A stretch of 61,499 nucleotides of DNA, filler included. It is 6 parts of 6 records of this genome, joined end to end, with 100 filler letters (N's around TTAATTAATTAA, not from the genome) between each part and the next. Parts side by side here need not be neighbours in the genome. Positions count along the whole stretch, not along the records: positions 11,899 to 22,821 come from DRR723986_15122; 5 more parts are not named here. One strand, 5' to 3'. Position 1 is the first letter of the stretch. The number at the start of each line of letters is the position of its first letter. Shown here one piece after another: positions 11,993 to 21,152 of this stretch. A model generated the notes under the pieces. The model saw nothing but the letters and a program-made list of their open reading frames with translations, had not been told where the DNA came from and did not search any database. A program made the position numbers and the translations under genes.

Positions 11993-13597
11993 TTAACGCA
12001 GCAGTACAAAAGCTTCCGACTGCGTAAACTCGTTCATCTGCAGACGGCAGAAATAACTACCGGCGTTAAGTGACGAGACATCGATCTCCTGCTGTAAACC
12101 GGTCACCGCATCAACTTCAAGTGATTGCGTTAACAACAGACGACCCGCCTGGTCGACAATGTCGATTTGCACGATTGCATTTTGGACGGTAGCTGCTCCG
12201 GGGAGAACTTCTGCACGAATATTCAAGATATTGTTAACAGGATTTGGTGAGAGCTGCACAGAAAACGGAGCAAGTACAGGCTGCTCATGGACCGAAACAA
12301 CGGTATTTGTCCAGGTAGCCGTGGCTTTATTAACTTCTTCAACCAGGTTGGCAATATCGCTATCGCTGCCGTCGGGATCACCCGAGACGCTGGAAGCGAA
12401 AACGTATCCGACGATGTATCTGGCGGTTTCACCAGGACGCAGGTTAAACGCACCGGAACCAAACAGTAAACGGCCGTCTTTGGATTCCGTATCACCGTCC
12501 CGAATATGAGAAGACATAAAATTATATCGATCTTCGTGGGAGCGTGGATCATTTTGGATGGCCCAGTCGCGCACAGTTGTTAATCCAATCTGGGAATGAA
12601 TGTCAGCGGGATCGACGTCGCTACGAATAAAGTTATTCTCATCCACTGCTGGCGTTTGCAGCATCGTGATACCAAAGTAGCCAAAGCCCGCATCTTCATT
12701 GCCGCCATCTGACCACATGGCTACCATAGGTCGCGCAGCATCACTGAGAAAGAATTCCATCCGGTCATCATCAGCCGGCTGCTGGAATGTACCAATGTCA
12801 TAATCACCAGCAATTGCAAACTGGCATTCATTCAAGATTTCGTCGCTGGTATTTGTTAAATCATAGCGTATAAGAATGAAGTTTTCGCGGTCTGGGTCAC
12901 TCCAGGAATATACAGCTTGTTCGACCTGCAGACCAAAAGAACGTGCATTAACAGCACCACCCTCAAAGAGGGTAACATCCGTATCTTTGTAGCGGCATAC
13001 AACGTCCTGATCCGAAACAATTACCGGCAGCCCGCCCTGAGCATCAACGCTGCGTTCGGCGATAGTGCCGACGTACTGCCCCAGGTTGTTAGTACCTGGC
13101 CCAACTTCTTGATCGCCCGGATTCCAGAGTGGCCAGCTGGGAGCAGTTCCGTCCAGGGCCTGACCATTCGCATCATAGTCATTTGAAAAGTAGAGACGAT
13201 TCTTTGAGATGGCCTCGGGCGTATTATCGACCGCCGGCCCATCCGTTATATCACCTGGCGCAAACCAGGAGAGCCCCGAATTTGGATTATATGAAATGTT
13301 AACGCGCTTTTCGGGCCCATCGTCGCCATCAACAATCGCGCCAAACCAGATACCCGCCCCAAACAAATATGCGCCTGGGTTTTCAGCCGAGCGTGGCCAG
13401 GTTCCACCAGCGCGGTTATTCCTTACGTCGAGCCCGAGAATCCCAAAGTTTGTTAGCTGAAAGCTAACTTCATTACCAGTTGTTGGCCGTTGATCAAACA
13501 GCTGTTGAGCTTGAATAGTCGGATGGACCATCATCAGACCAGTAATCACGAATCCCAGAAACATGCCGAGCGCAATTTTTTGGCAGAGTGGTAGCAT
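11993..13597 (-). CDS. Secreted T9SS type-A sorting-domain protein of unknown function, paralogue 1
   Basis: Signal peptide; core motifs NFGILGLD, WPRSA, YLFGAGIWFG, YNPNSG, FILIRYD, GDYDIG; C-terminal LSPNPVNN...IDVSSLNAGSYFCRL. Confidence 0.88.
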   Translation of the reverse strand: MLPLCQKIALGMFLGFVITGLMMVHPTIQAQQLFDQRPTTGNEVSFQLTNFGILGLDVRNNRAGGTWPRSAENPGAYLFGAGIWFGAIVDGDDGPEKRVNISYNPNSGLSWFAPGDITDGPAVDNTPEAISKNRLYFSNDYDANGQALDGTAPSWPLWNPGDQEVGPGTNNLGQYVGTIAERSVDAQGGLPVIVSDQDVVCRYKDTDVTLFEGGAVNARSFGLQVEQAVYSWSDPDRENFILIRYDLTNTSDEILNECQFAIAGDYDIGTFQQPADDDRMEFFLSDAARPMVAMWSDGGNEDAGFGYFGITMLQTPAVDENNFIRSDVDPADIHSQIGLTTVRDWAIQNDPRSHEDRYNFMSSHIRDGDTESKDGRLLFGSGAFNLRPGETARYIVGYVFASSVSGDPDGSDSDIANLVEEVNKATATWTNTVVSVHEQPVLAPFSVQLSPNPVNNILNIRAEVLPGAATVQNAIVQIDIVDQAGRLLLTQSLEVDAVTGLQQEIDVSSLNAGSYFCRLQMNEFTQSEAFVLLR

Positions 13598-13631
13598 AAA
13601 AGCCTCTTTTCAGAACTAATGTGTGTGTGTA

Positions 13632-13669
13632 TGCACTGAGTGCAAGTATTGATTAATGCCCGCCGCACG
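13632..13669 (-). promoter_or_regulatory. Conserved upstream motif, copy 1 (dyad plus 14-mer)
   Basis: Plus strand TGCACTGAGTGCA at 13632-13644 and ATGCCCGCCGCACG at 13656-13669; both shared with paralogues 2 and 3. Confidence 0.65.
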
Positions 13670-13928
13670 TTTTGAAATGGATATAAAATATCCATGCACA
13701 GTTTAGTGTGTGGTTGAGATGGAGGGGGATATCATTTGGTTACAGGCCTGTATTATTTTCTTAGCCAGCTATTTCACCAAAGCCTGGACAAAAATCACCG
13801 TCTATAAAAGTCCCAGTGGCGGGCTGTAACGAATTGTGTATTGCACGGTTGTTGGGAGGTTTGTGCAGGCCAAACATCTATAGGATAACAAGTGTGGCGG
13901 TTTACAGAGTGGATGCAATAATCAATGC

Positions 13929-13956
13929 AGCCGCCACTGCATGCGCAGCGGCGGCT
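13929..13956 (-). terminator. Terminator-like hairpin after paralogue 2
   Basis: Minus strand AGCCGCCGCTGC-gcat-GCAGTGGCGGCT (one G-U pair); homologous to 16104-16135. Confidence 0.6.
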
Positions 13957-14040
13957 AAACATTCACGACAAGACAGTAACCCGGCTCTGGAGCTGAGCTG
14001 GGGTAATCGGCATATTGTACCGGACAGGTTTGTGACAAGA

Positions 14041-15675
14041 TTAACGCACAAGCACAAAAACTTGTGACTGCGTAAACTCGCCCACCTGCAGGCGGCAGAA
14101 ATAATTACCGGCACTGAGTGAAGAGACATCAATTGCCTTTTGCAGGCCGGCAGCGGGGTCCAACTTAACATTTTTGCTAAAGAGCACGCGTCCAGCCTGA
14201 TCAATAATATTCAGTTGAGCATCAGTGACTCTCAGTGGGATTCCTGGGAGTCCCCCTGGGACTGCCTCAGCGCGAATCGTCAAGAGATTGTTAACGGGAT
14301 TAGGAGACAGTTGCACGGAAAATGGAGCGCGCGCAGAACGGTCACTTACTGAAACGACTAAATTGGTCCAGGTCTGTGTGGCATTGTTAACTTCTTCTAC
14401 AAGATTGGCGACGTCGGCTTCGCTGCCGTCGGGCGCCGGGCCCACACTGGGAGCAAAAACAAATGCCATTACAAACCGTGCGGTTTCGCCGGGGCGCAAG
14501 TTAAATGTTCCAGAACTAAACAGCAGGCGGCGGTCTGAACCGGAACCGGTAGTTCCATCAATCGTATTGGCCGTCATAAAGTCATAGCGTTCCTCATGGC
14601 TGGTCGGGTCATTTTGAATAACCCAGTTGCGTACAGTTGTCAGTCCCAATTGCGATTGAAAATCAGCGGGATCTACATCAGTGCGCAGGAATCCGTTTTG
14701 ATCCACTGCTGGTGTTTGCAGCATGGCGACACCAAAATAGCCGTAGTCCCGACTGTTAACATCCACGCCGCCGTCGGACCACATGGCAACCATTGGACGA
14801 TCGGCCAGCTCAACAAATGACTCGAGTCTGTCGTTGGCTGCCTCAGTACGCCCGCTTTGCGGATCGCCGATATCAAAATCGCCGGCATGGCCGAATGAGC
14901 AGTCCTGCATGAGTTCTTCACCGACATTAGTGACATCATAACGCACAAGAATGAAGTTTTCGCGAGCTGGGGCACTCCAGGAATACACGGCTTGTTCATA
15001 CTGAAGATCCAGTTTGCGAGCGAAGGCCGGATTGCCCTCATAACGACTAACATCAGTAGTTTTGTAGCGGCAGATTATATCTTCATCGGATATAAAGACA
15101 GGCACAGCTTGCTGTTCTGCAACAGTACGAGTATTAACATCATTAACGTAGGCCCCCAGATTGCCGGATTGTGGGCCAATCTCGATACCTGCCAGATTCC
15201 ATAACGGCCAGGCGACCTGCCCATCGGCAATACTTTGGCCGTCGGCAGTGTAGTCTGTGGAGCGGAATAGTTTGTTCTTTTGAACTGAGGCTGGGTCGGA
15301 CTGCAATTCGGGTCCATCAGCAATATCACCCGGCACTGCCCATGAGAGCCCTGAGTTGGGATTGTAGGTCACAACTACGCGTTTTTGCGGCGCGGGATCA
15401 CCTTGGTCTACAAGTGCGCCAAACCAGACTCCGGAACCGAACAGATATGCTCCGGGTGAAGCTGCCGAACGCGGCCAGTAACCACCAGCACTTGAATTTG
15501 CTAAATCCAGGCCGAGGATGCCGTTATTGGACACCATAAAATTGACTTCATTCGCTTCTGTAGGAGCGCTTTCATAAAGAGCCTGAGCAGACAGGTCAGC
15601 GGAATACAATAACATTCCAACCACCAGAATGCAAGACAATCGAAAACGGGTCACAGTTCGTTTACGTGAAAACAT
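14041..15675 (-). CDS. Secreted T9SS type-A sorting-domain protein, paralogue 2
   Basis: Start at 15675 (MFSRKRT..., signal peptide ending LSA-Q); same core motifs and C-terminal domain as paralogue 1. Confidence 0.88.
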   Translation of the reverse strand: MFSRKRTVTRFRLSCILVVGMLLYSADLSAQALYESAPTEANEVNFMVSNNGILGLDLANSSAGGYWPRSAASPGAYLFGSGVWFGALVDQGDPAPQKRVVVTYNPNSGLSWAVPGDIADGPELQSDPASVQKNKLFRSTDYTADGQSIADGQVAWPLWNLAGIEIGPQSGNLGAYVNDVNTRTVAEQQAVPVFISDEDIICRYKTTDVSRYEGNPAFARKLDLQYEQAVYSWSAPARENFILVRYDVTNVGEELMQDCSFGHAGDFDIGDPQSGRTEAANDRLESFVELADRPMVAMWSDGGVDVNSRDYGYFGVAMLQTPAVDQNGFLRTDVDPADFQSQLGLTTVRNWVIQNDPTSHEERYDFMTANTIDGTTGSGSDRRLLFSSGTFNLRPGETARFVMAFVFAPSVGPAPDGSEADVANLVEEVNNATQTWTNLVVSVSDRSARAPFSVQLSPNPVNNLLTIRAEAVPGGLPGIPLRVTDAQLNIIDQAGRVLFSKNVKLDPAAGLQKAIDVSSLSAGNYFCRLQVGEFTQSQVFVLVR

Positions 15676-15707
15676 GGGGGTCCTACCTTGCTTGAATTTT
15701 GTACAGG

Positions 15708-15850
15708 AGCACAGAGTGCGCATACTATCGATGCCCGCTGCACGCACGGAATCATAACACTGACATCTTTAGCATAGATTGTGTCGCATAGTGTACCGGC
15801 GGGCGTTTCCAGGTTGTAGCCGGCAACTGGAATGTGAAATATATGAAAAT
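15708..15850 (-). promoter_or_regulatory. Conserved upstream region, copy 2
   Basis: GCACAGAGTGC 15709-15719, ATGCCCGCTGCACG 15731-15744, TGACATCT-N12-GTGTCGCA 15761-15788, GAAATATATG 15836-15845; collinear with 17860-18003. Confidence 0.65.
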
Positions 15851-16091
15851 CATTGAATGTATTACAGGGTATTAAGTTTTGCCCTATGCTACGCGCGCGG
15901 ATCAGCCAAGAAACTGCGCGGCAGCGTAGCGCCAATCGATTCTTGCCGATTGATTCCGGCTGGCTGACTATTGACTCAATCTTGACAATTGACTGTCTTT
16001 GGGCTATGAGCTTGTGACCGAACTGTTTGAGACTTGTGGCTGAGAGGATGCCTAAGCGACTTGTGATTTTGGTCCTGGTGACTAACAGTAT

Positions 16092-16135
16092 AAAAACAAG
16101 TAAGCCGCCGCTGCAAAAACTACCGTAGCGGCGGC
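16092..16135 (-). terminator. Rho-independent terminator after paralogue 3
   Basis: Hairpin GCCGCCGCTGC...GTAGCGGCGGC at 16104-16135, followed on the minus strand by TTACTTGTTTTT. Confidence 0.75.
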
Positions 16136-16218
16136 GAAGCGCTCAAGACAGCTTGCCCCAGGGTTTTGTTTTGACCTGGGGCAAACTGCGGATGTTGTTT
16201 AAGTGAATGCGGACATAA

Positions 16219-17826
16219 TCAGCGCAGCAACACAAAAGCCTGCGACTGCGTGAATTCCCCAAGTTGTACACGGCAGAAATAACTACCGGCATGCAGGGAC
16301 GCGACATCAATTTTGTGCTGGAGACCGGCAGACGGGTCAATTTTAACAGTTTGTGTTAAGAGCACACGACCCACCTGGTCCACGATATTAACCTTTGCGA
16401 CAGCAACTCCGGGAACAGCTTGCGCATGAATATTCAGCAAACTGTTAACGGGGTTTGGCGAAAGCCGCACGGAAAAAGGAGCTGGAGTTGTTGGATTACC
16501 GGCTGAAACTACCAGGTTTGTCCAGGTTTGCGCGGCCGTATTAACGGTTTCGGCGAGCTTGGCAACATCGGCCGCAGTGCCATCGGGAGCTTCGGCAACA
16601 CTTGGTGCAAAAACAAAGGCCATAACAAAACGTACGGTTTCGCCGGGACGCAGGTTAAACTCTCCGGTATTAAACAACATGCGGCGGTCAGCACCTTCAC
16701 CGGGATCATTATCGATTAAATTGATAGACATAAAATCATAACGTTCGTCAGTTCCGGTGGGATCGTTCTGAATAACCCAGTTACGCACATTTGTTAAACC
16801 CAGTTGGGATTCAAATTCAGATGGGGCAACATCGTCGCGCACAAAACCATCTTCGTCTACGGCAGGTGTTTGCAACATGGCAATCCCAAAATAGCCATAG
16901 CCTAATTGGTTTACATCAGGACCACCTTCGGACCACATCGCAACCATTGGGCGATCTGCCATGTCGGTAAACACGCTAAAGCGATCGTTGAATGCTTCAT
17001 CGCGTTGGTCCAGTTGATCGCCGATATCAAAGTCGCCGGCATGACCGAAGAAACACTGCTGCAGAACATCCTCTCCGACGTTGGTAATATCGTAACGAAC
17101 CAGGATAAAGTTTTCGCGGGCCGGATCATTCCAGGAATACACGGCCTGTTCAAACTGCAGGTTAAGTGGGTCTACGAGACTGTTGGGAATTGGGTAGATA
17201 TTGGGATCTGTGTCTTTGTAGCGGCAGAGGATGTCCTGATCTGAGATAAAAACGGCCGGGGAATTTTGCTCTGCAAAAGTGCGTTTGTTAACATCATCAA
17301 TGTAAGTGCCGAGGTTGCCGTACTGTGGCCCCACCTGATCGCCGGCTGGATTCCACAGCGGCCATGCAGGTGCATTGCCGTTAACGGCTTTGCCATCCCG
17401 GCCATAATCTGTAGAAGTGTAGATGCGGTACTTGGCAATTGACTCCGGATCTTCCTTAACTTCGGGACCATCAGAGATATCACCGGGAGCGGCCCATGAA
17501 CGTCCAGTGTTGGGGTCATAGGTAATGAAGGCGCGCTTTTCGAGTTCGCCTTCGCGCTCAACCTTGGCGGCAAACCAGACACCAGATCCGAATAGATAAC
17601 GTCCCGGATTGGCTGCCGAGCGCGGCCAGAATCCGGCGGCCGTCAAATCCGAGACGTCAAGACCGACAATCCCATTGTTGACAACCATAATGTTAACTTC
17701 ATTAGCATCCGTGGCCCTTTGATCGTAAGGGCTCTGGGCCGATGCCTGCGCAGAAAACATTAACATGACAATAAATATCGCTGGTGACAACGCGGTGCGC
17801 GTCACCTTTTGGTAAAGTGAGTACAT
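16219..17826 (-). CDS. Secreted T9SS type-A sorting-domain protein, paralogue 3
   Basis: Signal peptide (ASA-Q); NNGIVGLD, WPRSA, YLFGSGVWF, GHAGDFDIG; C-terminal LSPNPVN...AGSYFCRV. Confidence 0.88.
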   Translation of the reverse strand: MYSLYQKVTRTALSPAIFIVMLMFSAQASAQSPYDQRATDANEVNIMVVNNGIVGLDVSDLTAAGFWPRSAANPGRYLFGSGVWFAAKVEREGELEKRAFITYDPNTGRSWAAPGDISDGPEVKEDPESIAKYRIYTSTDYGRDGKAVNGNAPAWPLWNPAGDQVGPQYGNLGTYIDDVNKRTFAEQNSPAVFISDQDILCRYKDTDPNIYPIPNSLVDPLNLQFEQAVYSWNDPARENFILVRYDITNVGEDVLQQCFFGHAGDFDIGDQLDQRDEAFNDRFSVFTDMADRPMVAMWSEGGPDVNQLGYGYFGIAMLQTPAVDEDGFVRDDVAPSEFESQLGLTNVRNWVIQNDPTGTDERYDFMSINLIDNDPGEGADRRMLFNTGEFNLRPGETVRFVMAFVFAPSVAEAPDGTAADVAKLAETVNTAAQTWTNLVVSAGNPTTPAPFSVRLSPNPVNSLLNIHAQAVPGVAVAKVNIVDQVGRVLLTQTVKIDPSAGLQHKIDVASLHAGSYFCRVQLGEFTQSQAFVLLR

Positions 17827-17859
17827 GTGAACCCCAAGTTCGATAGAATCCTGTGCAAG

Positions 17860-18003
17860 TACACAGAGTGCAGATAATAATTAATGCCCGCCGCACGCTC
17901 CGGACCAAAAGAGTGACATCTAACCTATCAATGGTGTCGCACTTAAGTCGTTGCGGACATTGTTTGGTTATGACCGGGAGGGAATGCGTAAAAATATGAA
18001 AAT
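17860..18003 (-). promoter_or_regulatory. Conserved upstream region, copy 3
   Basis: TACACAGAGTGCA 17860-17872, ATGCCCGCCGCACG 17884-17897, TGACATCT-N12-GTGTCGCA 17914-17941, TAAAAATATG 17989-17998. Confidence 0.65.
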
Positions 18004-18164
18004 ATGTTTGACAATTGCAAATTAATTGCCTGTGCCGCCGTGTACGGATGCCTGGAAACGACAAACGCCGGCACGGATATTGCGACGGCGTTCGAAGTTT
18101 TGAACTTGGATTATATCCAGACTGAATTGGATTAAGTGCAGCAAGGCACTTAACATTTAGTGTT

Positions 18165-19772
18165 TTAACGCGCCACCTGAAATACAGACTGCAGATTTTG
18201 CCCGGCAACCCGCAGCTGCGCAATGTAGGTCCCAGGTGTTAAGTCAGCAAGGTTGAGCGTCAGCTTGTTTTGGCCGGGCTGCAGACTATTCACGATTTGG
18301 GTTTTAACAATTGCGCCGCGCATGTCGTAGATTTCGATTTGAGACCTGAAGGCTTCGGCAGGTGAATTTACAGTAATTGTTAACATGTTTGTGGCTGGGT
18401 TCGGCGCCAAAGCCAACGCGGGAGTAGCGGCCTGCGGACGTTTATCTACCGAAACGGCGACGTCGTACCACGTTTCGGTCGCCAGGTCGATTTCATCTGT
18501 GAGCAAGCCAATGTCTGAAGATGCACCATTAGGATTCTGGCCATTGGCGCGTGCAAATGCGATCACAAATACTACGCGCGCCGACTTCCCAGGTGCCAGA
18601 TTAAAAGCATTGGTAGCGAACATCAGGCGGCCGTCATCCGGTGTAGAGCTGGATTCCTGCGTACCGGTGGACATAAAGTCGTACTCGTCCGCAGGTGTTC
18701 TGGGATCGTTAACAACCAGGCGCCAGTCACGCACGGTTCCGAGGCCGACCTGATCCTGTTGGCGTCCACTTTCGGGTACGTCCAAGACAAAACCATCTTC
18801 ATCAATCATTGGCGACTGCAGCAGGCCCACTCCCATATAACCGTAACCACCGGCCGCGACGTCGGCTTCGGGTGCCGACCACATAGCCGCCATTTGGCGC
18901 GTAGCAAACTGCGGGTAAGAGGCCATCATGTCATTGCTGGAAGACAAGCGTGGGTCATCAGGATTGCCGATGTCATAATCGCACACAAAGCCGGCATGAC
19001 AGTCGTAGAGTGTTTGATTGCTGACGTTGGTAAAGTCATAACGCAGGATGACGAAGTTTTCGAGACCGAAGTCCGTCCAGGCGTATGCCGCCTGTTCGAT
19101 TTGCAGGCCAAAGGGCAGCGAGGGATCTGGATTGGGAGCGTAATAGTCGGTGTCGCCATCCTTATAGCGCGTCACAACATCCTGGTCCGCAATATAGACG
19201 GGCGGGCCAGTTTCGGAGAGGCTGTTGCGTTCCGCCACGTCACCGATATACATTCCAAAGTTGCCATACGCCGGGCCGATGGGACTCCAGCCGGGGTTCC
19301 AGAGCGGCCAGGCGGGGCCGTCAAAATTCTGGCGGATGCCTTTGGCGTCAAAGTCGCTGGAAGAATAGACATGGTACTTGGCGACGAAATCGTTAGCGGG
19401 CAGAAAGTTGGGGCCGTCAGCCCAGTCGCCCGGAGTGGCCCAGGAGGTCGCCGAATTTGGATCGTAGGTTTTGAAGACGGCTTTGGACATTTCGGCCTGA
19501 CCTTCAACTTGTTTGCGCGCACCAAACCAGATTCCGCCACCGAGCATGTAGTGGCCGGGAGTGTTGGCTGAGAGCGGCCAGCGCGCTGCGGGGCGCAGAT
19601 TCTGAACGTTTATGCCCAGGCGGCCGGAGTTATCGATGCGCAGCCCAACTTCGTTGACATTGACTTCAGTCTGATTAATGCCCTGGCCGGCGGCATGTGG
19701 CGTGATTTGCGGCAGGCCGCCGAGCATGATGCAATAGATGACTGCGGGCAAGAGCCGTTCAAATTTGAACAT
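18165..19772 (-). CDS. Secreted T9SS type-A sorting-domain protein, paralogue 4 (most diverged)
   Basis: Probable start 19772 (MFKFERLL...); NSGRLG, WPLSA, YMLGGGIWFG, YDPNS, FVILRYD, CDYDIG; C-terminal LAPNPATN...IYDMRG...PGTYIAQL. Confidence 0.85.
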   Translation of the reverse strand: MFKFERLLPAVIYCIMLGGLPQITPHAAGQGINQTEVNVNEVGLRIDNSGRLGINVQNLRPAARWPLSANTPGHYMLGGGIWFGARKQVEGQAEMSKAVFKTYDPNSATSWATPGDWADGPNFLPANDFVAKYHVYSSSDFDAKGIRQNFDGPAWPLWNPGWSPIGPAYGNFGMYIGDVAERNSLSETGPPVYIADQDVVTRYKDGDTDYYAPNPDPSLPFGLQIEQAAYAWTDFGLENFVILRYDFTNVSNQTLYDCHAGFVCDYDIGNPDDPRLSSSNDMMASYPQFATRQMAAMWSAPEADVAAGGYGYMGVGLLQSPMIDEDGFVLDVPESGRQQDQVGLGTVRDWRLVVNDPRTPADEYDFMSTGTQESSSTPDDGRLMFATNAFNLAPGKSARVVFVIAFARANGQNPNGASSDIGLLTDEIDLATETWYDVAVSVDKRPQAATPALALAPNPATNMLTITVNSPAEAFRSQIEIYDMRGAIVKTQIVNSLQPGQNKLTLNLADLTPGTYIAQLRVAGQNLQSVFQVAR

Positions 19773-20020
19773 GGAAAACACCTTTGGTTTGTACAGAGCA
19801 GGAGCGGGACTGGTGGTGAGGCACTCACCTGAACGCAATCCCGGCTACCAATATACAGCCCAAAGGGCTATTTCTGCAAAACTTTCCTTGCGCAAAGTCT
19901 CGGGGATAAGATTATTCGGACAGACTCTCAGCAAAACACCCAACATTTACCAAGCCAAAAACAGTTGGCGTTCGAGCGACCAGACAAGGCGTCAAACTGG
20001 ATAGGCTGGGATGCCGGGCA

Positions 20021-21061
20021 TTACTGCTGTACCAGTTCCACTCGGCGGTTTTGGGCTTGTCCCTCCGGCGTTTGGTTGGATTGAACTGGTGCCAGGGAGG
20101 CTACACCGTGTGCCGCCAGACGCGCGGCGGCGATGCCATGTTTGCCCGTCAACTCCTTGAGTACGGCATTGGCACGTGCGGCCGAAAGTTTCATATTTGC
20201 ATCCAAAGAGCCAACATTATCGGTGTGGCCAACCACATAAACTTTGAGGTCAGGCTGCTGTTTGAGCAGAAGTGCAACCTGCTCAATGGCGGCGGCTGAC
20301 TCCGGTTTAATACTGCTTTTGGCGGTATCAAAGAAGATCCCCTGGACACTGACACGTCCGTCACGTTCAATTCCGGCGAGCAGAGCATCGGCGTTAACTT
20401 CTACGAGTCCCTGCTGCATGTCCGTGACTTCAATGATGTCCAGCTGTGAGCGTGTTTTGCCAACTGAGACTGCAATGTATGCTACTCCCGTTGCCGTCTG
20501 GAGGCGTCCGGCGCTGTAGTACACATCTTTGCCGCTGATGGCAACGGTGCCGTTGAAGCGGTTCCAGCGGCTGCCTGCAAAACTGGGACCACACTCTTTG
20601 TTGCGACATTCAAACAGCACTTGCATGCCACTTTGTTTAAGGCTTTCTGTGTAATTGCGCATGATTTCCAGGACAGAACGATCTTTGGGATTGCTGTAGA
20701 GAATGCGTGTAAACTTGCCGGCCACATCGCGGTGCAGGAATTTCAGTTCATCCTGCGGGTCGATGCCAACGATCAATTGATAATCCGCGTATTCTTCAAC
20801 TTTTTCCTTTTCAACGGTGGAACCGGGATAACGCGTCAGGAGCGGGTGGTCCTGGGCTGTGAGCGAACTTAAACACAGCAATATTGCGAGCAGGCTTGCG
20901 GGCAGTAGACCCGAAAGTTTTGGACGGCGTTCGGGCTTAGCGGTTTTGCGATTTGAGTTAAGACTTTGCACTCGACTTCTGGACGGCTGTGCGGATTCAG
21001 GTTTTATTCCGTTAAGTGAAGTTGCTGACATGACCTTTTCCCTTTTTGGCAGTGAATACAT
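20021..21061 (-). CDS. OmpA-family peptidoglycan-binding protein with a DUF4892-like N-terminal domain
   Basis: DHPLLTRYPGS, LFECRNKECG, IFFDTAKS, VGHTDNVG, NMKLSAARA, QNRRVELV; start uncertain. Confidence 0.88.
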   Translation of the reverse strand: MYSLPKREKVMSATSLNGIKPESAQPSRSRVQSLNSNRKTAKPERRPKLSGLLPASLLAILLCLSSLTAQDHPLLTRYPGSTVEKEKVEEYADYQLIVGIDPQDELKFLHRDVAGKFTRILYSNPKDRSVLEIMRNYTESLKQSGMQVLFECRNKECGPSFAGSRWNRFNGTVAISGKDVYYSAGRLQTATGVAYIAVSVGKTRSQLDIIEVTDMQQGLVEVNADALLAGIERDGRVSVQGIFFDTAKSSIKPESAAAIEQVALLLKQQPDLKVYVVGHTDNVGSLDANMKLSAARANAVLKELTGKHGIAAARLAAHGVASLAPVQSNQTPEGQAQNRRVELVQQ

Positions 21062-21152
21062 ATTCTACAGTTGTTTAACAAGACAGTGGGAGTACATTTT
21101 TGCAAACGCACTCCCACCGTTAAGCACCATACCTCTCTACTTTCCGGGAGAC

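Noticed and set aside
13620-13630. (TG)5 tract near the start of paralogue 1 as a phase-variation switch
   Set aside because: It is too short and is absent from the other paralogues.
11993-19772. Diversity-generating retroelement or shufflon explanation for the paralogue array
   Set aside because: There is no reverse transcriptase or recombinase in the contig, differences span whole genes and are not adenine-specific, and all copies are intact and co-oriented.
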